From the NCBI GenBank assembly GCA_958295775.1, contig CATQHC010000002.1, positions 889,830-953,829 on the forward strand: DNA of 64,000 nt, read 5' to 3'. Positions 33,205 through 42,658 of the stretch are shown here, in pieces. Each line of letters opens with the position of its first letter. Position 1 is the first letter of the stretch. The notes under the pieces are model-generated. The model saw only the letters and a program-made list of their open reading frames with translations, did not search any database and was not told the DNA's origin. A program made the position numbers and the translations under genes. Source of the DNA: Chloroflexota bacterium (GTDB lineage: Bacteria; Chloroflexota; UBA11872; VXOZ01).

Positions 33205-34971
33205 ATGGCTGGCACAAACACATTCGATCCGATTACTTTCGAGGTCGTCCGCCACGCGCTCACAGAAGCCACCGAGGAAATGGCCGTCGCCCTCCGACGC
33301 AGCGCCTATTCAACCAACATCAAGACCCGCGCCGACTTCTCCTGCGCCTTCTTCGACCGCGACTTGAATGTCGTCGCCCAGGCCTTCTGCCAAGCCGTGC
33401 ACCTGGGCTCGCTCGTGCACTTGGTGCCGATCGCCGTGCGCGCCTACGGGCCGGAGAACCTGGGACCTGGCGATGCCATTCTCTGCAACGATCCCTATCT
33501 TGGCGGCGTGCACCTCAACGACATTAGCCTGATTTCCCCGGTTTACTGCGACGGCGAGCTTTTCGGCTACGTGGCAAACATGGCGCACCACGTGGACGTG
33601 GGCGGCGGCGCGCCGGCCAGTGTCGGCGCCTTTCGCGAGGTCTATCAGGAAGGCATCATCATCCCGCCGGTCAAGCTGGTCGCGTCCGGCGAGATAGTTG
33701 AGGACGTATTTCGACTCATCCTGGGACAGATCCGCTCCAAACGTGAGACTGCCGGTGACTTTCGCGCCCAGATGGCCGCCAATACGACCGGCGCCCGCCG
33801 GCTGGCCGAGCTTACGCAGCAGACCAGCCTATCCACAGTTAACCGGTACATTGAGGAACTGATGGCCTACGCAGAACGGCGCACCCGCGCCGAAATCGCG
33901 AAGTTGCCACAGGGCGAGTTCATGGCCGACGGCTACGTGGACAACGACGGCTATACCGATGAACCGGTGCACTTGGCAGCTAAGATACGCATTGACGATG
34001 ACGGCGTCCTCTTCGATCTCAACGGCTGCGATCCACAGCGGCGCGCGCCGGTGAATTCAACCTTTGCGCAGACCTTTTCCGCCTGCGCCTATAATCTCAA
34101 GTGCTTGATCGATCCCGACATTCCACCGAATCAGGGGTTCTACCGCATGGTGCGCATAGATGCCCCTAAAGGGACCGTCGTTAACTGCGTACCGCCGGCG
34201 CCGGTGGTAGGAGGGTGGGAAACCCACGCGCGGCTGAATGACGTAATCTTCAAGGCGCTCGCGCCCGCGCTGCCGGAACGCACGCCCGCGGGAGGCAAGG
34301 CGATGCAGTGCCACGCCGGGTTCGGCGGCATCGATCCCCGCAATGGCGAATACTATTGCTTCCTGGAAACGCTCGCGGGGGGTTACGGGGGACGGGCCCA
34401 CAGTGACGGCCCCGACGCCGTGCAGACCCACGGTCAAAACACCGAGAATGCGCCGATCGAAGAGACGGAACGGTATTACCCGGTGCGCATCCTCCGCTAC
34501 GAATTGGTAGACGACTCTGAAGGGCCGGGGACGTTTCGCGGCGGACTTGGCCTGCGGCGCGACTACGTCTTTCTCGACCATGAAGTTACCTTTACCGTGC
34601 TTGCCGATAGAGACAAAGCGGGACCCTGGGGTCTCTTTGGCGGAGAGTCCGGCCGTCCGGCCTTCTATCTCCACACACACGACGGTGAAACCGAGAAACT
34701 GAGTTCGAAAACTACGATTGACGTGCGTCCCGGCGAGGTTATCAGCTACGAGACGTGCGGCGGCGGTGGCTTCGGCCCGCCGATGCTTCGCGACCCGCAG
34801 CGGGTGCTCGCTGACGTGCGTCAAGGGAAGGTTAGTGTGGAGCGCGCCCGCTCAGCATACGGCGTAGCCATAGACCCCGAGCGATGGCAAGTCGATAGGA
34901 TCGCCACCGACGCACTGCGCACTGCCATGCACGCTGATAATACTCTCGGCGACAGTGGTGGAACGGGGTGA
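33205..34971 (+). CDS. Hydantoinase B / oxoprolinase family subunit
   Basis: AYSTNIK..ADFSCA, NDPYLGGVHLND, HHVDVGG, GPGTFRGGLG, GGGGFG; SD GGAGG. Confidence 0.95.
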   Translation: MAGTNTFDPITFEVVRHALTEATEEMAVALRRSAYSTNIKTRADFSCAFFDRDLNVVAQAFCQAVHLGSLVHLVPIAVRAYGPENLGPGDAILCNDPYLGGVHLNDISLISPVYCDGELFGYVANMAHHVDVGGGAPASVGAFREVYQEGIIIPPVKLVASGEIVEDVFRLILGQIRSKRETAGDFRAQMAANTTGARRLAELTQQTSLSTVNRYIEELMAYAERRTRAEIAKLPQGEFMADGYVDNDGYTDEPVHLAAKIRIDDDGVLFDLNGCDPQRRAPVNSTFAQTFSACAYNLKCLIDPDIPPNQGFYRMVRIDAPKGTVVNCVPPAPVVGGWETHARLNDVIFKALAPALPERTPAGGKAMQCHAGFGGIDPRNGEYYCFLETLAGGYGGRAHSDGPDAVQTHGQNTENAPIEETERYYPVRILRYELVDDSEGPGTFRGGLGLRRDYVFLDHEVTFTVLADRDKAGPWGLFGGESGRPAFYLHTHDGETEKLSSKTTIDVRPGEVISYETCGGGGFGPPMLRDPQRVLADVRQGKVSVERARSAYGVAIDPERWQVDRIATDALRTAMHADNTLGDSGGTG

Positions 34972-37091
34972 GCGTAGTGAGTGTGTCAAGATTTCGGCTC
35001 GGCGTAGACATCGGCGGCACCTTCACCGACGCCACGCTCGTGGACGAAAACACGGGACAGCTTTGGAACGCCAAAGTCTCTTCAACGCCGGACGACCCCG
35101 CGCAAGGCTTCCTTACGGTTAGCCGCCACATCCTCGACCAAGCCGAGTTGGCGCCGGAATTGTTGCGCTACGTTGTCCACGCCACCACCGTGGCGACGAA
35201 TGCCATCATCGAAGGCAAAGTGGCGCCCACGGTACTCATTACGACGGAGGGCTTCCGCGACATCCTGGAGATTGCCCGCCAGATTCGTCCGTCGCTGTAC
35301 GACGTGCTCTTTGAGAAACCTACGCCTCTTGTGCCACGTGACCGGTGTTTTGGCGTGCGCGAGCGCTTGGACGCCACCGGCACGGTGGTTGTTCCCCTAG
35401 ATGAAGAAGCCATTCCTCAGATTGCAGCCATTGTGCGGGAGGCGGAGATTGAGTCCGTCGCCGTTTGTTTTCTGCATTCGTACTTGAATCCGGAGCACGA
35501 GCAACAAGCCGGAGAGATCCTGCGCGCGCATGCCCCGGACATAGCCATCTCGCTTTCGTCTGAGGTCGCGCCGGAAATCCGCGAGTATTTTCGCGCGAGC
35601 ACCACAGTCATCAATGCCGCGTTGCGGCCGATAGTTTCCAGATATCTTGAAAACATCGAAACGCGCCTGCGCGCGCAAGGTATTCGCTCCGAACTGCTGG
35701 TGATGCAAAGCAGCGGCGGCCTCATGACGTTTGCCGACGCGCGCTCCCGACCCGTCTTCATGGTAGAGTCCGGCCCCGCCGCGGGTGTGATCACGGCGGC
35801 GCATTTGGGCGAGGCATTGGGCTACGCAAACGTCATCTCTTTTGATATGGGCGGCACCACGGCGAAAGTTGGGCTCGTGCAAGACGGTACGCCGCGGATC
35901 ACCAAAGACTACGAGGTCGGTTCCGTGGCCCAGCCCGGCAGCGGCGGCTTTCGCGCGGGCGGCTATCCCATCCGCACTCCCGTTATCGATCTGGTGGAGA
36001 TTGGCGCGGGCGGCGGTTCCATCGCGTGGGTTGACCCCGGCGGCATCCTGCGCGTCGGCCCCCAAAGCGCGGGCGCGGACCCCGGCCCGGCTTGCTACGG
36101 TCAAGGGGGCTCTGAGCCGACCGTCACCGATGCCAACTTGGTATTGGGCCGCCTCAATCCGGGCTACCTGCTTGGCGGCGACCTGAAGCTGGATGGCAAG
36201 CTCGCTCACGCAGCAATCGAGCGCACCATCGCCAAGCCCTTGGGTTTGGACGTGGTGAGAGCCGCCCACAGCATTGTAGAAATCGCCAACGTAGCGATGA
36301 TCAACGCGCTGCGTCTTGTTTCGGTGCAACGCGGCCACGATCCCCGCGACTTTGCGCTCACCGCTTTTGGCGGGGCCGGGCCGCTCCATGCCAACCGCTT
36401 GGCCCAGGAGATGAACATTCCCGTGACCGTCATACCTACCAGCCCCGGCACGGCCTCGGCGCTGGGTCTCCTGGTCACAGACATCACCTATGACTACGCG
36501 ACCACGTTAATTGAGAGAGTCGATCTGGTTGATCCGAAGGAAGTGGCGGCCGTATTTGCGGACCTGCGGCAGCAAGGCACGGCAGCCCTGACCGCTGCGG
36601 GTGTAGCGTCGTCCGACATGGCTTTCGTTCAGCAACTGGACTTGCGCTACGTCGGCCAGAGCTATGAACTTACGTTGCCATATGCGGGTGGCGAGACGGC
36701 CGGTTTTGACCTGGACGACCTCCTAGCTCAATTCCATAGTGAGCACAATCGGGTGTACGGCCACAGTGTTCACGGCGAGCCGGTCGAGACCGTAAACCTG
36801 AGGCTTACAGCTCTCGGGGAAATCGTAAAGCCGCCGCTGCTGGAAAGAGACACCGCAATGCACGCCTTGCAAGCGGCACAACTTGGCAGCCGTCCGGTCT
36901 TCTTTGGCGAAGCCGATGGCTTCGTAGAGTGTCCTGTGTTTGATCGGTATCGACTTGGCGCAGACATGGAGCTGTTGGGCCCTGCAATTGTGGAAGAATA
37001 CGATTCTACGACCGTAATTCATCCTGGATACTACGCATCGGTCGATCAATACGGTACACTGCTACTTATCAAGCAATTTGGCCTTCCCTGA
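34968..37091 (+). CDS. Hydantoinase A / oxoprolinase family ATP-binding subunit
   Basis: GVDIGGTFTD, HATTVATNA, ESGPAAG, DMGGTT, GAGGGSIA, FGGAGPLH. Confidence 0.96.
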   Translation: MSVVSVSRFRLGVDIGGTFTDATLVDENTGQLWNAKVSSTPDDPAQGFLTVSRHILDQAELAPELLRYVVHATTVATNAIIEGKVAPTVLITTEGFRDILEIARQIRPSLYDVLFEKPTPLVPRDRCFGVRERLDATGTVVVPLDEEAIPQIAAIVREAEIESVAVCFLHSYLNPEHEQQAGEILRAHAPDIAISLSSEVAPEIREYFRASTTVINAALRPIVSRYLENIETRLRAQGIRSELLVMQSSGGLMTFADARSRPVFMVESGPAAGVITAAHLGEALGYANVISFDMGGTTAKVGLVQDGTPRITKDYEVGSVAQPGSGGFRAGGYPIRTPVIDLVEIGAGGGSIAWVDPGGILRVGPQSAGADPGPACYGQGGSEPTVTDANLVLGRLNPGYLLGGDLKLDGKLAHAAIERTIAKPLGLDVVRAAHSIVEIANVAMINALRLVSVQRGHDPRDFALTAFGGAGPLHANRLAQEMNIPVTVIPTSPGTASALGLLVTDITYDYATTLIERVDLVDPKEVAAVFADLRQQGTAALTAAGVASSDMAFVQQLDLRYVGQSYELTLPYAGGETAGFDLDDLLAQFHSEHNRVYGHSVHGEPVETVNLRLTALGEIVKPPLLERDTAMHALQAAQLGSRPVFFGEADGFVECPVFDRYRLGADMELLGPAIVEEYDSTTVIHPGYYASVDQYGTLLLIKQFGLP

Positions 37092-37110
37092 AACCGAGGA
37101 ATGACAAGAG

Positions 37111-37467
37111 ATGGCAGTGTTGGATACCCATAAGGCATTTGAGCACCTTAGAGCTGCCGGCTATAGCAAAGAGATGGCTGAAGCCTTGCTGGATACCCTA
37201 GGAAATTCGCAAGACACCCTGGCGACTACAACCGACCTGCACGAACTAGCGCAAGCCACTAAAGTCGACCTGCGCAATCTGGAGCGAGCAATCGAATCCC
37301 TAGAGCAGGCTGTAAATGAGATGGCAAGCAAGGCCGAACTGCGAGAAATGGAACGCTCGATCAGAGCCTCTATGCGCGAACTGGAATTGCGCATGACCGT
37401 TAAAGTCGGCGCTATGCTGTTCGCGGTGGCGGGCTTGCTTGTAGCGCTCGAATTAATCCCGAGCTAG
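37111..37467 (+). CDS. DUF1640/CCDC90-like coiled-coil protein with a C-terminal membrane anchor
   Basis: DTH....L..AG.S..AE, coiled-coil heptads, ELELRMTVKVGAML followed by a hydrophobic tail. Confidence 0.8.
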   Translation: MAVLDTHKAFEHLRAAGYSKEMAEALLDTLGNSQDTLATTTDLHELAQATKVDLRNLERAIESLEQAVNEMASKAELREMERSIRASMRELELRMTVKVGAMLFAVAGLLVALELIPS

Positions 37468-37501
37468 ACCGCAAATGAGAGCTTGGTAAAAGAGGTGCCC
37501 A

Positions 37502-38680
37502 ATGGCCGAGACCGCTGATGTTGTCGTGATTGGTGGCGGGAGCACTGGCACCAGCATTGCCTGGCAACTGGCACGAATGGGCGCCGGGCGTGTGGTCTTG
37601 CTCGAGAGGCGCGGTCTCGCGGCGCAAGCCACGGGCGTTACCGCGGGGATCGTGCGCACGCACTATACTCACGAAACGCTGGCGCGAATGGCCCTGCGTG
37701 CACGCCAGGTATTCGGGAATTTCGACGACGAAGTCGGCGGCGCTGCCGGCTTTCGGCAGACCGGCTTTCTGGCGCTGCTGGGACCGGACGACGTGGAAAC
37801 GGTGGCAGCCAATGTGGCCATGCACCGGGAACTAGGCATCAATACCTATATCCTCTCCTCTGACGAAATTCGGGAGGTAGAGCCGCGGCTGGCGTTATTT
37901 GGCATTGGCGCCGCCGCGTGGGAGCCGGAATCGGGGTACGCCGATCCGGTGCGCACCGCCTTCAGCTTTGCGAACGCGGCCCGACGGCACGGCGCGGAAC
38001 TCCGTATTGGCGTTGGCGCAGACCGGCTGGATGCCGATGCGAGCGGTATTGTTGGCCTTGAGACCAACGCCGGCTACTTTTCCACCCGCTCAATCGTCGT
38101 CGCCAATGGTTACTCCTCACGCAACTTGGTAGCTTCGCTCGGTATCGAACTGCCGCTCACGCCGATCCGGCACGCGGTGGCATTCATGCAACGCGCCGAG
38201 CACTTCGGCAAACCTCACCCCATCATCTCTGACCGCGTAGCAGGCAGCTACTACCGACCCCGTGAGGATGGGCAAACTATGGTGGGCAAGACAGCGCCCT
38301 ACGATGGCGAGGAAGATGGGGACGCCGACGCGTGGCCGGCGCCGCGGCCGGAAGTGCTCCAAACCCTTGCCGACCGCTATCGACGGCGTTTCCCAAACCA
38401 AGGTGCACCCGCGGTGAACTACGCGACGTCGGGTCTCTACGACTGTTCGCCGGACCTTCAGCCGCTCATTGGGCCTGTGCCGGCGGTGGCAGGGCTGCAT
38501 CTGGCCGTGGGCCTGAGCGGTCACGGTTTCAAACTCAGTCCCGTCTTCAGCCAAATGCTGGCGGAGCAGATGCTGACGGGTAGCAGCAAGGACTTTGATA
38601 TCACCATGTTCAGTCCGGCGCGATTCATTGAAGAGCGCCCCATCGTGCCGCACCACGCTTACTCCATCTCTACACTCTAG
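37502..38680 (+). CDS. FAD-dependent oxidoreductase (DAO / sarcosine oxidase beta-like)
   Basis: VVIGGGSTG, SPD.QP.IG, G.SGHGFKLSP. Confidence 0.9.
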   Translation: MAETADVVVIGGGSTGTSIAWQLARMGAGRVVLLERRGLAAQATGVTAGIVRTHYTHETLARMALRARQVFGNFDDEVGGAAGFRQTGFLALLGPDDVETVAANVAMHRELGINTYILSSDEIREVEPRLALFGIGAAAWEPESGYADPVRTAFSFANAARRHGAELRIGVGADRLDADASGIVGLETNAGYFSTRSIVVANGYSSRNLVASLGIELPLTPIRHAVAFMQRAEHFGKPHPIISDRVAGSYYRPREDGQTMVGKTAPYDGEEDGDADAWPAPRPEVLQTLADRYRRRFPNQGAPAVNYATSGLYDCSPDLQPLIGPVPAVAGLHLAVGLSGHGFKLSPVFSQMLAEQMLTGSSKDFDITMFSPARFIEERPIVPHHAYSISTL

Positions 38681-38875
38681 CCAGGCAGGCATGCAGGCAA
38701 GGTGGGTGACAGAAAAAGCATAGTCCTAATCGGAGCAACGAGCGGGCAAGCAAGTGTGAAAGGAGGGCATTGAAGTGAACTATCAAGCGCCCGCGAGAGA
38801 CCAAGAGTGATGAAGTCTGAGTGTGCCGCATTGCAACTCGGCGCACGTAAAGGAGACCATGGGAGGTCACGAGCA

Positions 38876-40249
38876 ATGTCTATGGGCAATGGATTTACCA
38901 CACGACGCCGTTTCCTGGTCGGAGTAGCCGGTCTATCGGCCGCCGCCATCGCCGCAGCCTGCGGAACCGTGCCGGTCTCGGATAGCGGCGAGATGATGGA
39001 AGAGAAGGAAGCGCCCAAGGAAGCGGAGGCGCCACAGGCCGAAGTCGTTGAAGTGGTATGGGCCTGCTACGACCTGCAGGAGCATCGCAATAAGACCCTG
39101 CGAGAGATGGCAGAAGTCTGCAACAACACCTTGGAAAACCGCGTCACCAAACTCGAGATCGTCACCGAGAACTTCCTGGAGAAGATCCGCACCGAGTTCG
39201 TCGCCGGCACAACCACCTACGACATCGTCGTAAACCAGATCAACTGGGTGCAGGCCGGCGCGCGCACGGGCATGTTTTTGCCTATCAGCGACTACATGAA
39301 GCGCGACGGCGTATCACGTGATGACTACCTTGACTCCTCTTCCTGGGATGTCAACGGCATCATGTACGGCCTGGCATTCCTCGGCGGCGGCGACGCCATT
39401 TATTATAACAAGGACCTCTTCGACAACGACGGCGTCCCCTATCCGGAGTTGGGCACGACCTACGAGCAACTGCTCGACGGCGCGGCAAAGATGACGAAGC
39501 GCACCGGCGATGAGACTACCCAATGGGGCTATAACTTCGGGTATTCCTCGCTGGAGGTCAACCTGGGCAGTTTCATCCTCGATTCCGGGGGACAGGTGCT
39601 CAACGAGGCCCGCGATATGGCCCTCTACGGTGAGGATCCAAACTCCATCGCAGGCGCCCAGCTCTATGTAGACATGATCCTCAAGCATCGGGTAGTGCCG
39701 TGGGGTGAAGAGCGGCAAGCGCTGCGCGAGGAAGGTGGCAGCGGCCGCCACATTGGCACCGGCAAAGTCGCCATGTCGCAGATTACGTTGATCCCGCTCA
39801 AGGGCGCGTACGAAGTACTCGGCGACCGGCTGGGCATTGCGCCGCTCGCAACCGGGCCGGCAGGCACCCGCAGCCCGGCCACCGGTAGCAACGCCTGGAG
39901 CATCATGTCGCTCACCGAAGTGCCTGATGCGGCCTGGGACGTGTTCTACGTCCTCTCTCAGAAGGAAGCGCAAGACCTTTACGCCGTGCATGCCCACCCC
40001 GGGCTCTTTGCCTCTGCCGACGTGTTCCTGGGCAACTACCCGGGTATGGACTGGAGCACCGTCCTGGACCATTGGCGAGACGGCGGACGCGACTTCTTCC
40101 TGACGCCGGAGACCGGAGAGTTCTGGAACACCGCGAACTCCAACCTCCAGCCCATGTACACGGGTGAGAGTACCGTGCAGGAGGCCATGAAGACGTCCGC
40201 CGATGCGGTGAACGTCCTCTTCTCCCAGCGGCCGGACGACTGGAATTAG
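38876..40249 (+). CDS. Tat-exported lipoprotein, ABC sugar-family solute-binding protein
   Basis: TRRRFL twin-arginine motif, AAAC lipobox, YYNKDLFD..GV.YP, GKVAM. Confidence 0.88.
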   Translation: MSMGNGFTTRRRFLVGVAGLSAAAIAAACGTVPVSDSGEMMEEKEAPKEAEAPQAEVVEVVWACYDLQEHRNKTLREMAEVCNNTLENRVTKLEIVTENFLEKIRTEFVAGTTTYDIVVNQINWVQAGARTGMFLPISDYMKRDGVSRDDYLDSSSWDVNGIMYGLAFLGGGDAIYYNKDLFDNDGVPYPELGTTYEQLLDGAAKMTKRTGDETTQWGYNFGYSSLEVNLGSFILDSGGQVLNEARDMALYGEDPNSIAGAQLYVDMILKHRVVPWGEERQALREEGGSGRHIGTGKVAMSQITLIPLKGAYEVLGDRLGIAPLATGPAGTRSPATGSNAWSIMSLTEVPDAAWDVFYVLSQKEAQDLYAVHAHPGLFASADVFLGNYPGMDWSTVLDHWRDGGRDFFLTPETGEFWNTANSNLQPMYTGESTVQEAMKTSADAVNVLFSQRPDDWN

Positions 40250-40257
40250 CTTAGTCG

Positions 40258-40288
40258 GTAGCGGGGTGCGCCGAAACGCACCCCGCTA
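40258..40288 (+). terminator. Hairpin after the SBP gene (terminator or GTAG-type REP)
   Basis: gtagcggggtgcg-ccgaaa-cgcaccccgcta forms a 12-bp perfect stem. Confidence 0.6.
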
Positions 40289-40333
40289 TGACTTCTCGTG
40301 ACTTTCGTGAAACCCAACAGTGCTAACGTTTAC

Positions 40334-40440
40334 TGTCATTCCGAGCGCAGCGAGGAATCTAGTGCGCCAAAGAGCGTGACCCGCGTTGCTTGGCATAGTC
40401 CAATCTCAGATGTTTTCCCGCTTTCGCGGGAATGACGGAG
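40334..40440. repeat. Palindromic REP-like element (GTCATTCC...GGAAT family)
   Basis: tgtcattccgagcgcagcgaggaatct at 40334-40360 and ttcccgctttcgcgggaatgacggag at 40415-40440; the second unit recurs at 54474-54499. Confidence 0.7.
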
Positions 40441-40595
40441 TAGTGTGACGCGGACTTTCTCTTTGTGGGCGGCCCAACTCTTCTTCGTTGGAGTCCCAGA
40501 ACCGCTCACGCGAAGAATCAACTTGAATTCAAGCTGCCAATCACACCTTGGGTTGAAAATCCTTACTTACTATTCTTTCTCACTGAGGCACCTAA

Positions 40596-41561
40596 ATGAC
40601 TGTCCGTGACCTCTACGAAGCCGCCATAGAACTTGGCATAGCCCTTGATCCGCGCAGCCGTGCGACACTTGATGCTGAACTCGCGCGGCGCAAAGTAGAG
40701 TTCGACGCGTTGCCAGACTGGAAGAAGCCCTACTTCGATCATGAACGGCTGCGAAATCCCTACGGCGACGTACGCATCGTCAACGGCCCGGAGGATGCCG
40801 AGGTATTCACCGCGCTTGCGGGCATTAACATCGGTACGGACGAGTTCCTCATCGCCGACCGTCTTAAAGAAAAGGGTGTGCCCCTCGACGCAATTATTGC
40901 CCACCACACCAGCGGCACCGGTATCGGTCGCTCGCATATCGACGACATCACGCTCATTAACATCGACATTTTTGTGCGGGAAGGCGTACCGCGCAAAGCA
41001 GCGGAGAAAGTGCTCCTGCCCTGGATCGACGAATGGCGCACGGGCTACGACGACATGCCCCACCGGATGGGACCGGACATGGCCCGGCTCTTTGAGATCC
41101 CTTTTGTTCAGATACACACGCCGCAGGATCTCTATATTGGCGTGGGTATCAAGCAGGCATTCGCTGAGCTGCAGCCGCAGACTCTGGCAGACGCTGAAGA
41201 GGCTCTGATGACAGTACCCGAATTCCAAGGCGCGGCGCGCCATGGCGCCTATTCCCAAATTCTCGCCGGTGAACCTGATACGCCGCTCGGTCGCTATCTG
41301 ATACAGGACGCCGGCGGGTGGCTCTGGCCGCCTGAGGCGCAACCGCTGTTTGCCAAGGCCGGCATCAACACCGTGCTGCAGATAGGGGCCTCCGCAGCGG
41401 TAGCCAAAGCGGCAGCGGAAGTGGGCGTTTCGGTGGTGCGCCTGCCCCACGCCGCCGCAGATAATCTGGGCATAAACCTCTTTTACGATGAAGTTGAACG
41501 CCGCTATGGGCCACTCAACATCATTCCGTGCAATTACTTCGAGCGTATCAGACACCCGTAG
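40596..41561 (+). CDS. NIF3-like (NGG1p-interacting factor) dinuclear metal protein
   Basis: GIALDPR, L.NPYGD.RI, IAHH, IHTP.D, H..ADNLGIN metal motifs. Confidence 0.75.
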   Translation: MTVRDLYEAAIELGIALDPRSRATLDAELARRKVEFDALPDWKKPYFDHERLRNPYGDVRIVNGPEDAEVFTALAGINIGTDEFLIADRLKEKGVPLDAIIAHHTSGTGIGRSHIDDITLINIDIFVREGVPRKAAEKVLLPWIDEWRTGYDDMPHRMGPDMARLFEIPFVQIHTPQDLYIGVGIKQAFAELQPQTLADAEEALMTVPEFQGAARHGAYSQILAGEPDTPLGRYLIQDAGGWLWPPEAQPLFAKAGINTVLQIGASAAVAKAAAEVGVSVVRLPHAAADNLGINLFYDEVERRYGPLNIIPCNYFERIRHP

Positions 41562-41608
41562 TGCGTGAGCATTTCGAATGAAGCGACTCCCAGCAAAGGA
41601 GCAAGATT

Positions 41609-42649
41609 GTGCGCCGCGTAGAACTCTCCGGTTCTCCCTACGAAATGGGTTTTCAGCATGGCACCGCCTGTGCTGGGGCGGTCAATGCCGCAATCGAAAA
41701 GGTGGTCTTTGGGAGGCAAATCGACGCTTCTCATCGCGAGTATGTCGTCCGCCAGATGGAGCGCAACGTCTACCGGGTCTTCCCGGAAGCGCTCGAGGAG
41801 ATGCAGGGCATCGCAGACGGTGCGGGGCTCAATCGCGACGACATCCTGGCGTATGCGTCGTGCATGGAAGTCAGCCGCGCTACGCCCGGCTGTACCAATG
41901 TAGCCCTGCGCACGACCGATCACGGCGTCGTGCATTACAAGTCCAACGATGTTGGCAAAGACTCCATCGGCTCGTACATCTTCTGGGACATCCGGCCCGC
42001 AAAGGGCCATCCCTTCATTTGCGTCTCCGGACCGGGGGCGCCCTGGATGGGACCGGGTGTCAATGAAACCGGACTTTCCTTTGGCGGCAGCAGCATCATG
42101 AATACCGACCGGGACTGGGAAAGCGGCATCCCCACCAACTTGCTCCAACGCTACCTCTTGCAGTATTGCGCAGACGTTGATGAAGGCATCGCTCTCTGCG
42201 AAAGTACGCCGGTTATGAGCCATGGCATGAACATCATGCTCACCGACTCTTTTGAGAATGCCGTTGTGGTAGAACGTTCCGCAACTCGTATGGCGGTACG
42301 CCGGATGGAGAATGACGCGCTCTGGTGCGCGAACCACTACGTGACGGAGGAAGTGCTGCCAGTGGACGACCGGTCAAATGCCGACTTTCGCGCGAACAGC
42401 GAGGGCCGAACCAGTCTCCTCGCGACGCTCACCGCTGAAGAGGAATCCCACACCCTAGAGCAAGTAACGCGCATTGCCCGCACCCATGCCGACCCGGTCT
42501 CGCTCTGCCAACACGGACCGATGCACAGCGCCTTCGGCCTCATAGTTGTCTCTCGCGACCGCATGCTACTCGCAAGTGACGGCTATCCCTGTCAGAACGA
42601 CCTAGAGGTGTTCACCATGGACGTTTCCGCTACGACAGTTGGGAATTGA
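41609..42649 (+). CDS. C45 family autoproteolytic Ntn acyltransferase/hydrolase
   Basis: GSPYEMGFQHG, EEMQGIADGAG, G/CT autocleavage site, GVNETGL, ANHY. Confidence 0.88.
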   Translation: MRRVELSGSPYEMGFQHGTACAGAVNAAIEKVVFGRQIDASHREYVVRQMERNVYRVFPEALEEMQGIADGAGLNRDDILAYASCMEVSRATPGCTNVALRTTDHGVVHYKSNDVGKDSIGSYIFWDIRPAKGHPFICVSGPGAPWMGPGVNETGLSFGGSSIMNTDRDWESGIPTNLLQRYLLQYCADVDEGIALCESTPVMSHGMNIMLTDSFENAVVVERSATRMAVRRMENDALWCANHYVTEEVLPVDDRSNADFRANSEGRTSLLATLTAEEESHTLEQVTRIARTHADPVSLCQHGPMHSAFGLIVVSRDRMLLASDGYPCQNDLEVFTMDVSATTVGN

Positions 42650-42658
42650 GGGAAGACT

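Noticed and set aside
40563..41555. 330-aa antisense ORF, and similar ones at 35397-36389, 34057-34824, 39314-40072 and 28973-29806
   Set aside because: These are shadow frames of well-supported genes in GC-rich DNA and show no recognisable motifs.
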